Shown in pieces: positions 56,657 to 64,000 of a stretch of 64,000 nt of DNA. The position numbers and the translations under genes were made by a program. Each line of letters starts with the position of its first letter. Position 1 is the stretch's first letter. The notes beneath the pieces were generated by a model. That model searched no databases and was not told where the DNA came from. It was given only the letters and a program-made list of their open reading frames with translations. This DNA is from an uncultured Acetobacteraceae bacterium (GTDB taxonomy: Bacteria > Pseudomonadota > Alphaproteobacteria > Acetobacterales > Acetobacteraceae): NCBI GenBank assembly GCA_937873095.1, contig CALMVI010000105.1:14432-78431 (forward strand), written 5' to 3'.

Positions 56657-57781
56657 ATGGGTCCCTATCCGCACGAAGCGTCCCCGTCGGTACTATCGGA
56701 GCACAACCCCGCCGGGACCGACGGTTTCGGCTTCGTCGAATACGCCCATCCCGACCCGGAGGAGCTGCACCGGCTGTTCGCCACGATGGGGTTCGAGGCG
56801 GTGGCCAGGCACCGCACGAAGGAGGTGACGCTCTACCGCCAGGGCGACGTCAACTACCTGGTCAACGAAGAGCCGGGCAGCCACGCCGTGCGGTTTTCGC
56901 AGGCCCACGGTCCGTGCGCCTCATCGATGGCGTTCCGCGTCGTCGATGCCCGGCACGCCTACGACCGGGCGCTGGCGATGGGCGCCGAGCCCGCCGATCC
57001 TGCCGAGGGTTCGCTCGTGATGGACGTGCCCGCCATCAAGGGAATCGGCAACTCGCTGCTGTATTTCCTCGACCGCTACGGTGCCCGCGGTTCGGCGTTC
57101 GATGCCGAGTTTGCCTGGCTGGGCGCGCCCGATCCGCGTCCCGAGGGGGAAGGGCTGTACTACCTCGATCACCTGACCCACAACGTCGCCCGCGGCCGGA
57201 TGGACGTCTGGTCAGGCTTCTACGAGCGCATCTTCAACTTCCGCCAGATACGGTATTTCGACATCAAGGGCGAATACACCGGCCTGTTCTCGCGCGCGCT
57301 GACCAGCCCGGACGGCAAGATACGCATCCCGATCAACGAGTCGGCCGACGAGCGCAGCCAGATTGAGGAGTACCTGCACGCCTATCGCGGCGAGGGCATC
57401 CAGCACATGGCGTGCGGCTGCCACGACGTGTACAAGACCGTGGAGTCGCTGTGCGCCCGCGGCCTGCGGTTCATGCCCTCGCCGCCCGCCACCTATTACG
57501 AGCGGGTCGAGGAGCGCGTGCCGGGCAACGGCGAGGATCTGGCGCGTCTGCAGCGCCTGGGCCTCCTGCTCGACGGCGAGGCGGCGGTCGCCGAGGGCGA
57601 GACCTCCGGCACGGTGACCAAGGTGCTGCTGCAGATCTTCTCGGCCAACGCCATCGGGCCGATCTTCTTCGAGTTCATCCAGCGCAAGGGCGACGAGGGC
57701 TTCGGGGAGGGCAATTTCCGCGCGCTGTTCGTGTCCATCGAGGACGACCAATTGCGGCGCGGGGTGCTCACGCCGGCGTAA
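56657..57781 (+). CDS. hppD: 4-hydroxyphenylpyruvate dioxygenase
   Basis: 374 aa with ..YLDHLTHNV.., ..GEGIQHMAC.., ..LLQIFS.. and ..[25 protein letters not shown].. Confidence 0.9.
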   Translation: MGPYPHEASPSVLSEHNPAGTDGFGFVEYAHPDPEELHRLFATMGFEAVARHRTKEVTLYRQGDVNYLVNEEPGSHAVRFSQAHGPCASSMAFRVVDARHAYDRALAMGAEPADPAEGSLVMDVPAIKGIGNSLLYFLDRYGARGSAFDAEFAWLGAPDPRPEGEGLYYLDHLTHNVARGRMDVWSGFYERIFNFRQIRYFDIKGEYTGLFSRALTSPDGKIRIPINESADERSQIEEYLHAYRGEGIQHMACGCHDVYKTVESLCARGLRFMPSPPATYYERVEERVPGNGEDLARLQRLGLLLDGEAAVAEGETSGTVTKVLLQIFSANAIGPIFFEFIQRKGDEGFGEGNFRALFVSIEDDQLRRGVLTPA

Positions 57782-57791
57782 GGAGCCTATC

Positions 57792-59153
57792 GTGGACGAT
57801 GTGGCGGCCGGGTTCGACCCCGTGGACGACCGTTCCGCGGCAGCCCGAGACGATGCCGCTGTGCGTTATCAGTCGGGCTTCGGCAACGGGTTCGAGACCG
57901 AGGCGCTGCCCGGCGCGCTGCCGGTCGGCCGCAACTCGCCGCAGCGTTGCGCCTATGGCCTGTACGCCGAGCAACTGAGCGGGTCGGCGTTCACCGCGCC
58001 AAGGGCGGCAAACGAGCGAAGCTGGTTGTACAGGATCCGTCCGACGGTCAGCCATTGGGGTCGCTTCCACCCCGCCGAGGCCGGGCATTGGCTGACCGCC
58101 CCCTGCAGCGCGCCGATGCTGCCGCCCGCGCCGCTGCGCTGGGACCCGCTGCCGCTGCCGTCGGAGGCCACGACTTTCCTGCAAGGCGTGCACACGATCA
58201 CCACGGCCGGCGATGCCCGCGCGCAATCGGGCATGGCAGCGCATGTCTACCTGATCACCGCGCCGATGGAAGACGAGTATTTCTACAACGCCGAAGGCGA
58301 GATGCTGTTCGTGCCGCAGCAGGGCGCGCTTCGCCTGTGCACCGAGTTCGGGGTCATCGAGATCGCGCCGGGCGAGATCGCCGTGGTGCCGCGCGGAGTG
58401 AAGCTGCGCGTGGAGCTCATCGGCGGCCCGGCGCGCGGCTATCTGTGCGAGAATTACGGCGGCGCGTTCACCCTGCCCGAACGCGGCCCGATCGGCGCCA
58501 ACTGCCTGGCCAACCCGCGCGACTTCCTGACCCCTGTCGCCGCCTACGAGGACCGTGACGCGCCGTCCCGCCTGGTGGTCAAATGGGGCGGCGCGCTGTG
58601 GCAGACAGCGCTGGAGCACAGCCCGCTGGACGTGGTCGCCTGGCACGGCAATTACGCGCCGTACAAATACGACTTGCGGCGGTTCTCGCCGGTGGGTCCT
58701 CTGCTGTTCGACCACGCCGACCCCAGCATCTTTACCGTGCTGACCTCGCCATCCGAGACGCCCGGCACTGCGAACGTGGACTTCGTGATCTTCCCGGACC
58801 GCTGGCTGGTCGCCGAGGACACGTTCCGGCCGCCCTGGTACCACATGAACGTCATGAGCGAGTTCATGGGGCTGATCTACGGCGCCTACGACGCCAAGCC
58901 GCGCGGCTTCACCCCTGGCGGGTTCTCGCTGCACAACACCATGCTGCCGCACGGCCCCGACCGCGACGCGTTCGAGGGCGCCAGCAACGCCGAGCTCAAG
59001 CCACACAAGCTGCACGGCACCATGGCGTTCATGTTCGAGACGCGCTTCATGCAGCAGGTCAGCCCGTTCGCCGCGGCGCTGCCGCAGCTGCAGCCCGATT
59101 ACGGCGGCTACGGCGCCAAGCTGGCCAGGCGTTTCGACCCGCGACGGCCGTGA
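57792..59153 (+). CDS. hmgA: Homogentisate 1,2-dioxygenase
   Basis: GTG start with AAGGAG. 453 aa with ..[43 protein letters not shown].. and ..[16 protein letters not shown].. Confidence 0.9.
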   Translation: MDDVAAGFDPVDDRSAAARDDAAVRYQSGFGNGFETEALPGALPVGRNSPQRCAYGLYAEQLSGSAFTAPRAANERSWLYRIRPTVSHWGRFHPAEAGHWLTAPCSAPMLPPAPLRWDPLPLPSEATTFLQGVHTITTAGDARAQSGMAAHVYLITAPMEDEYFYNAEGEMLFVPQQGALRLCTEFGVIEIAPGEIAVVPRGVKLRVELIGGPARGYLCENYGGAFTLPERGPIGANCLANPRDFLTPVAAYEDRDAPSRLVVKWGGALWQTALEHSPLDVVAWHGNYAPYKYDLRRFSPVGPLLFDHADPSIFTVLTSPSETPGTANVDFVIFPDRWLVAEDTFRPPWYHMNVMSEFMGLIYGAYDAKPRGFTPGGFSLHNTMLPHGPDRDAFEGASNAELKPHKLHGTMAFMFETRFMQQVSPFAAALPQLQPDYGGYGAKLARRFDPRRP

Positions 59154-60466
59154 ACGCGGGCTCGCCCGGCCTGGACGAGACGCACGACGCGAGGCGACGA
59201 AGCTGGGTCGAGGGCGCGTCCGGCGGCGAGTTTCCGCTGCAGAACCTGCCGCTTGGCATCTTCTCCCCGCCGGGCGGCGCGCCCCGCGCGGGCGTTGCCA
59301 TCGGCGGCAGCATCCTGGACCTGCCGGCCCTGCGGGAGGCAGGCCTGCTCGACGGGCAGGCGGAGCGTGCGGCCGCTGCCGCACAGGGCGGCACGCTGAA
59401 CGCCATGCTGGCGCTCGGCGCCGCGCCGCGCCGCGCGCTGCGCCGGCGACTCTTCGACCTTCTGGCAGAGGGCAGCGCCGCACGCAGCGACGTGGAGCCG
59501 CTGCTGCACCCCATGGCCGGCTGCACGCTGCATCTGCCCTGCGCCATAGGCGACTACACCGATTTCTACGCCGGCATCCACCACGCGACCAATGTCGGCC
59601 TGCTGTTCCGCCCGGACGCTCCCCTGCTGCCCAACTACAAGCACATGCCCATCGGCTATCACGGCCGCGCCTCCTCGGTGCGCGCGTCCGGCACCCCGGT
59701 GCGCCGGCCCTGCGGCCAGACCAGCCCTGCCGGCGCCGCAGGCCCGGTCTTCGGGCCCTCGGCGCGGCTGGATTACGAGCTGGAGCTGGGCGTGTGGATC
59801 GGCCAGGGCACATTGCCCGGCGAGCCCCCGCCCATCGGCCGGGCGTGGGATCACATTGCCGGCTTCTGCCTGCTGAACGACTGGTCTGCGCGCGACGTGC
59901 AGGCTTGGGAGTACAGGCCGCTCGGGCCGTTCCTGGCCAAGAACTTCGCAACCACGGTGTCCTGCTGGATCGTGACGCCGGAAGCGCTGGCGCCGTTCCG
60001 CATCGCCCAGCCGGCGCGTCCTTCGGGCGACCCCTCGCCGCTGCCCTACCTGCATGACGACGCCGACCAGGGCGGCGGGGCGCTGGCCGTGGATCTCGAA
60101 GCTTGGCTGCACACGCCTGGCCTGGCGCGCGCGGGCCACGGGCCGCACCGCCTGGCCCTGACGAGCACGCGGCACCTCTACTGGACTGTGGCACAGATGG
60201 TCGCGCATCACAGCTGCGGCGGATGCGACCTGCGGCCGGGCGATCTGTTCGGGTCCGGGACGATCTCGGGCCCCGACACGGGCAGCCTGGGCTGCCTGCT
60301 GGAAATCACGTCCGGCGGCCGCACGCCGCTGACGCTGCCGGATGGCGAGCAGCGCGGGTTCCTGCAGGATGGCGACGAGGTCGTGCTGCGGGCCGTCGCG
60401 CGACGCGACGGTTTCGTCTCGGTGGGTTTCGGGGAGTGTCGCGCGGCCGTTACCGGCCATGCGTGA
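59150..60466 (+). CDS. fahA: Fumarylacetoacetase
   Basis: GTG 59150 overlaps the hmgA TGA. 438 aa with ..[11 protein letters not shown].., ..[14 protein letters not shown].., ..DYELELG.. and ..[20 protein letters not shown].. Confidence 0.9.
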   Translation: MNAGSPGLDETHDARRRSWVEGASGGEFPLQNLPLGIFSPPGGAPRAGVAIGGSILDLPALREAGLLDGQAERAAAAAQGGTLNAMLALGAAPRRALRRRLFDLLAEGSAARSDVEPLLHPMAGCTLHLPCAIGDYTDFYAGIHHATNVGLLFRPDAPLLPNYKHMPIGYHGRASSVRASGTPVRRPCGQTSPAGAAGPVFGPSARLDYELELGVWIGQGTLPGEPPPIGRAWDHIAGFCLLNDWSARDVQAWEYRPLGPFLAKNFATTVSCWIVTPEALAPFRIAQPARPSGDPSPLPYLHDDADQGGGALAVDLEAWLHTPGLARAGHGPHRLALTSTRHLYWTVAQMVAHHSCGGCDLRPGDLFGSGTISGPDTGSLGCLLEITSGGRTPLTLPDGEQRGFLQDGDEVVLRAVARRDGFVSVGFGECRAAVTGHA

Positions 60467-60483
60467 CCGAACCCGACGCCGTC

Positions 60484-61107
60484 TCAGCCGGGGGACGTCC
60501 CGGTTACGATCCAGAGCGGGTCGCCCCGGGCCGGCGTCCAGGCCCGCCCGGCCACCCCGGTGAGCCCCGCCGCCCGCATGTAGGCGGCCACCAGGCGCTG
60601 CTGGTCCTGCCCGTCCAGCGCGCGCCAGATCGCCACCGCCTTGGTGGGAAAGCACCGGTTGGAGAACGACACCACGAAGGGCGCGCCCGGCCGCAGCACC
60701 CGGAGCGCCTCGGCGAACACCTCCACCGGGCGCTGCAGGTACTGCACCGAGACGCAGAGGCAGGCGCCGTCGATCGTGTCCGTCTCCAGAGGAAGCACCG
60801 GCGAGGCGTTGAGGTCCTGCACGAACCAGCGGGTCAGCCGCGGGTTGGCCGCCAGTTCCCGCGCGTTCATCCCGTGCCCCACGACCGAGCCGTAGGCCAC
60901 GTCGTCTGGCAGGTGGCTCACCCAGCTGCTCATCAGGTCGAGCAGGTGGCCGCCAGCCGGCAGCAGCGCGCGGTACGCTGCCGTCACGGCGTCGATCGCC
61001 GGCTGGTCGATATGGGTGACCAGACGCGGCTGGCGGTAGAACAGCGCGTCCGGGCTGGGATCGGCCCGTTCGAAGGCGTCGGCCGGCAGGCCTGGGAGCT
61101 GGTCCAT
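60484..61107 (-). CDS. Class I SAM-dependent methyltransferase-like protein
   Basis: 207 aa from ATG 61107 with ..GHLLDLMSSWVSHLP.., ..IDGACLCVSVQYLQRPVEVFAEALRVLRPGAPFVVSF... The upstream part of ORF 60484-62562 is a shadow of the PAS-LuxR gene. Confidence 0.6.
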   Translation of the reverse strand: MDQLPGLPADAFERADPSPDALFYRQPRLVTHIDQPAIDAVTAAYRALLPAGGHLLDLMSSWVSHLPDDVAYGSVVGHGMNARELAANPRLTRWFVQDLNASPVLPLETDTIDGACLCVSVQYLQRPVEVFAEALRVLRPGAPFVVSFSNRCFPTKAVAIWRALDGQDQQRLVAAYMRAAGLTGVAGRAWTPARGDPLWIVTGTSPG

Positions 61108-61179
61108 GCACCGGCATATCGGGGCGGATCGCGATCCCGCCAGCGGGACCGGCGATAGCGCGCGTGCTACCATCCGCCC

Positions 61180-62697
61180 ATGAAAGCCAGCATCCCCGCC
61201 AGGCCGGCGGACCGGACCCATCTCCAGCAGATCATCGCCGGTCTGACGGAGGGCGTGGTCATCCTCGATCCCGACGGAAAGATCGCCTGGGCCAACGGCA
61301 CCGCGCTGCGGATGCATGGCGCGTCCGAGCTGCGCGAGCTGGGCGCCAGCGCGGCGGAGTACAGCCGCCGTTTCGAACTGCGCTACACCGACCGGCACCG
61401 CCTGCCGCCGGAGGACTACCCGATGGAGCGGCTGCTCGCCGGACAGACCTTCGACGATCTGGTCGTGGAGGTGACGCGCCCCGGCGCGCCCAGATACTGG
61501 GTGCACCAGGTCCGCACGATGGTGCTGAACGACGCGCATGGCGCCCCGGACTGCCTGGTGCTGATCATCAACGACGAGACCGAGCGTTTCAACGCCGAAC
61601 AGCGGTTCGAGCGCGCGTTCGGCGCCAACCCGGCCCCGGCGATCATCGTGCGGCTGTCGGACATGCGCTTCGTCAAGGTGAACCACGGCTTCCTGGAAAT
61701 GACCGGCTACCTGCGGGACGACATCATCGGCCGGTCGCTGCACGAGATCGACGTGCTGCAGGATGCCGAGAAGCGTGACCTGGCGATGAAGCGGCTGCAT
61801 GCCGGGCAGACGATCCCGCAGATGGAGGGCTGCCTGCACCTGCCGGACGGGCGGGAGAAGACCGTGCTGCTCGGCGGCCAGCCTATCGAGGTGGGCGATG
61901 CCGCCTGCATGCTGTTCACCTTCGCCGACCTGCATCCCCGCCAGCAGGCCCAGCATGCCCTGCGCCAGAGCGAGGAACGGTTCGCCAAGGCGTTCCACAT
62001 GGCGCCGGGTCCGATGGCGATCTTCGCGCTGGACGGGCTGTGCATCCTGGACGTGAACAGCGCCTTCACCGCGGCCACCGGCTGGCGCCGCGAGGAGGTG
62101 GTGGGACGGGGTCAGGCCGAACTGGAGGTGTGGGGACAGGGCGAGGTGCGCGAGGAGCTCGAACGCCAGCTGCGCCAGACAGGACACCTGCGCAGCGTCG
62201 ACGTCCAGCTGCGCGCCAAGAACGGCGGCGTGGGCGACTTCCTGCTGTCGGCCGAAACGGTCGAAATTCACCAGCAGCGCTGCGTGCTGAGCGTCATGCT
62301 GGACATCACCGAGCGCAAGCAGACCGAAACGCAGCTGCTGGCGGCGATCGAGGCGGTGATGCAGGACGCGTCCTGGTTCGGCCAGAAAATCATGGAGAAG
62401 CTGGCGGTCCTGGCCCAGGGCGGGCGGGCGCCTGCGCGGACGCCGGAAGTGGCGACGCTGCCGGACCGGGCGCGCGAGGTGCTGGGCCTGGTGGCGCAGG
62501 GCTTGTCTGACGACGAGATCGCCGACCGGCTCGGCATCTCCCGCAACACGGTGCGCAATCACGTCTCCGTCATCTATGACCGCATCGGCTTACGCAAGCG
62601 CAGCGCGGTCATCGTGTGGGCGCGCGAGCGGGGCCTGGGAACGCCTGCCAAGTCTCGGACTTCGTTGCGCAAAACTCGGCGGAAAACCCCCGCGTAG
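61180..62697 (+). CDS. PAS-domain (x3) LuxR-family transcriptional regulator
   Basis: 505 aa with three PAS-like repeats and a C-terminal HTH (..LPDRAREVLGLVAQGLSDDEIADRLGISRNTVRNHVSVIYDRIGL..). Confidence 0.85.
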   Translation: MKASIPARPADRTHLQQIIAGLTEGVVILDPDGKIAWANGTALRMHGASELRELGASAAEYSRRFELRYTDRHRLPPEDYPMERLLAGQTFDDLVVEVTRPGAPRYWVHQVRTMVLNDAHGAPDCLVLIINDETERFNAEQRFERAFGANPAPAIIVRLSDMRFVKVNHGFLEMTGYLRDDIIGRSLHEIDVLQDAEKRDLAMKRLHAGQTIPQMEGCLHLPDGREKTVLLGGQPIEVGDAACMLFTFADLHPRQQAQHALRQSEERFAKAFHMAPGPMAIFALDGLCILDVNSAFTAATGWRREEVVGRGQAELEVWGQGEVREELERQLRQTGHLRSVDVQLRAKNGGVGDFLLSAETVEIHQQRCVLSVMLDITERKQTETQLLAAIEAVMQDASWFGQKIMEKLAVLAQGGRAPARTPEVATLPDRAREVLGLVAQGLSDDEIADRLGISRNTVRNHVSVIYDRIGLRKRSAVIVWARERGLGTPAKSRTSLRKTRRKTPA

Positions 62698-62887
62698 TGC
62701 GAAACGACCGGTGTCGGACTGCTATCGCACTAGTTCCGCGCGGCGGTCTGCCGGCCGCGGTACACCCTGGACAACGCCGGGAGAGGCGCGCAGATGCCGT
62801 CACCGCCGGAGCGTCCCGCGGCCGGGTGGATCATCCGGGCGGGACTGGTGCTGTGAATAGCTTCAAGGTGTGAGGGAGTACGCGACG

Positions 62888-63148
62888 ATGTCGATCCTGG
62901 GCTGGCTCATTCTCGGACTGATTTCCGGCTTCATCGCAAGCAAGATCGTCAACAAGTCCGGCGAGGGCGTCGTGCTCGACATCGTGCTCGGCATCATCGG
63001 CGCGATGGTCGGCGGTTTCCTGTTCACCTCGTTCGGTGCCGCGCCGGTGACGGGGCTCAACATCTACAGCATGTTCGTGGCCGTCGTCGGCGCGGTGGTC
63101 GTGCTGTTCATCTACCACGCGGTGTTCGGCCGCCGCACGCTGACCTGA
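62888..63148 (+). CDS. GlsB/YeaQ/YmgE-family stress-response membrane protein
   Basis: 86 aa with a GAGGGAG RBS. MSILGWLILGLISGFIASKI....LDIVLGIIGAMVGGFLF.. Confidence 0.8.
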   Translation: MSILGWLILGLISGFIASKIVNKSGEGVVLDIVLGIIGAMVGGFLFTSFGAAPVTGLNIYSMFVAVVGAVVVLFIYHAVFGRRTLT

Positions 63149-63155
63149 CCGGTCG

Positions 63156-63917
63156 CTACCGCTTCAGACGATAGCCGGTCTTGAAGATCCAGAACACGAT
63201 GGCCAGGCAGACCGTCAGGAACATGACGGTCATGCCCAGGCTGACGCCGGGGCCGATGTCGGACACGCCGAAGAAGCTCCAGCGGAAGCCGCTGACCAGA
63301 TAGACCACGGGGTTGAACAGGGTGACGCTGCGCCAGAATGGCGGCAGCATGCCGATGGAGTAGAAGCTGCCGCCCAGGAAGGTCAGCGGCGTCACCACCA
63401 GAAGCGGCACCAGGTTCAGCTTCTCGAAACTGTCGGCCCAGATGCCGATGATGAAGCCGAACAGGCTGAACGTCACCGCGGTCAGGACCAGGAAGCCCAG
63501 CATCCAGACCGGGTGAGCAACGCCGAACGGCACGAATAGCCGCGCGGTGACCAGGATGATCAGCCCGAGGATGATCGACTTGCTCGCCGCCGCCCCGACA
63601 TAGCCCAGCACGATCTCCAGGGCGGACACCGGCGCCGACAATATCTCGTAGATGGTGCCCACGAATTTCGGGAAGTAGATGCCGAACGACGCGTTGGCGA
63701 TGCTCTGCGTCAGCAACGACAGCATCACCAGGCCCGGAACGATGAACGCGCCGTAGCTCACCCCGTCCACCCGCGCCATGCGCGACCCGATCGCGGCCCC
63801 GAACACCACGAAATACAGCGAGGTGGAGATCACCGGCGAGACGATGCTCTGCAGCAGCGTGCGCCACGTCCGGCTCATCTCGAAACGGTAGATCGCCAGG
63901 ATCGCGTGCCGGTTCAT
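63156..63917 (-). CDS. ABC-2 type transporter permease (YadH/NodJ-like)
   Basis: 253 aa with 6 TMS. The ATG overlaps the upstream TGA (ATGA). Confidence 0.85.
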   Translation of the reverse strand: MNRHAILAIYRFEMSRTWRTLLQSIVSPVISTSLYFVVFGAAIGSRMARVDGVSYGAFIVPGLVMLSLLTQSIANASFGIYFPKFVGTIYEILSAPVSALEIVLGYVGAAASKSIILGLIILVTARLFVPFGVAHPVWMLGFLVLTAVTFSLFGFIIGIWADSFEKLNLVPLLVVTPLTFLGGSFYSIGMLPPFWRSVTLFNPVVYLVSGFRWSFFGVSDIGPGVSLGMTVMFLTVCLAIVFWIFKTGYRLKR

Positions 63918-64000
63918 GGCCTGCCATGCACCAGGTCGACGAAGATGTCTTCCAGCGACGACTGCCGCGTCTGCAGGTTCTTCACCTCCACGCCGAGCAG
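63914..64000 (-). CDS. ABC transporter ATP-binding protein (3' end only; rest outside the window)
   Basis: The minus-strand translation ..[28 protein letters not shown] is a typical C-terminus of ABC-2 exporter ATPases. Confidence 0.7.
   Translation of the reverse strand: MLGVEVKNLQTRQSSLEDIFVDLVHGRP

Noticed and set aside
57768-61117. Very long minus-strand ORFs (57768-60194, 59108-61117) opposite hmgA/fahA
   Set aside because: They are shadow frames with extreme Arg/Pro/Ala content. The plus strand encodes unmistakable homogentisate dioxygenase and fumarylacetoacetase.
62698-62887. EcfG-type general-stress promoter (GGAAC-N16/17-CGTT) upstream of the GlsB-family gene; 55409-55671 upstream of the LOV kinase was also searched
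   Set aside because: Only partial matches were found (GGACA.., GGGACT.., GGAAC-N15-CGCT). None has the correct spacing plus CGTT, so no call was made. The 8-bp inverted repeat TAGTGCGA...TCGCACTA at 62694-62731 was noted but lacks a U-tract.

Overview
GC-rich window (about two-thirds G+C by eye), probably alphaproteobacterial. The evidence for that is an HWE-type kinase, a LOV histidine kinase, and AT-rich palindromic intergenic repeats that resemble those of Acetobacteraceae/Rhodospirillales; this is not verifiable here. I call about 50 genes, no rRNA, tRNA or CRISPR, and no intact mobile element. Layout from left to right follows. (1) 1-7 kb: the end of an RND efflux outer-membrane factor gene, then a minus-strand operon of hydantoinase/acetone-carboxylase-like subunits (one frameshifted) plus an aldehyde dehydrogenase. 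(2) 7-9.9 kb and 24-26.4 kb: decayed DNA with three IS5-type transposase scars, an NmrA::AraC chimeric ORF, a nitroreductase remnant and a 5'-truncated HWE kinase. These bracket an orphan catabolic cluster: an Ior-type oxidoreductase, a SnoaL-like protein, an NtaA-type flavin monooxygenase, an MFS transporter, a quinone oxidoreductase-like protein, an amidohydrolase, a 2-hydroxyacid dehydrogenase, a Crp-family regulator and an RraA/HMG-aldolase-like protein. (3) 28-50 kb: the most unusual part, a CoA-dependent catabolic island. It holds two Baeyer-Villiger monooxygenases flanking a frameshifted TonB-dependent receptor, four family III CoA-transferase modules (one protein is a tandem fusion), two acyl-CoA synthetases, three hot-dog/crotonase hydratases, two paralogous thiolase-fold proteins that lack the canonical catalytic residues, a Zn-alcohol dehydrogenase and an FCD-type GntR regulator. 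An AT-rich box, GTCAATTGTC-NN-ACC, recurs at three promoters and ties this island to the distant hyuAB-aldH operon. (4) 50-64 kb: a 2-hydroxycarboxylate transporter, a large LOV-PAS-GAF hybrid histidine kinase, a crotonase followed by the hppD-hmgA-fahA tyrosine catabolic genes, a methyltransferase, a PAS-LuxR regulator, a GlsB-type stress protein and the start of an ABC-2 exporter. Two small repeat families and two homopolymer-associated frameshifts are also reported. All functional calls come from reading motifs by eye; no database search was possible.
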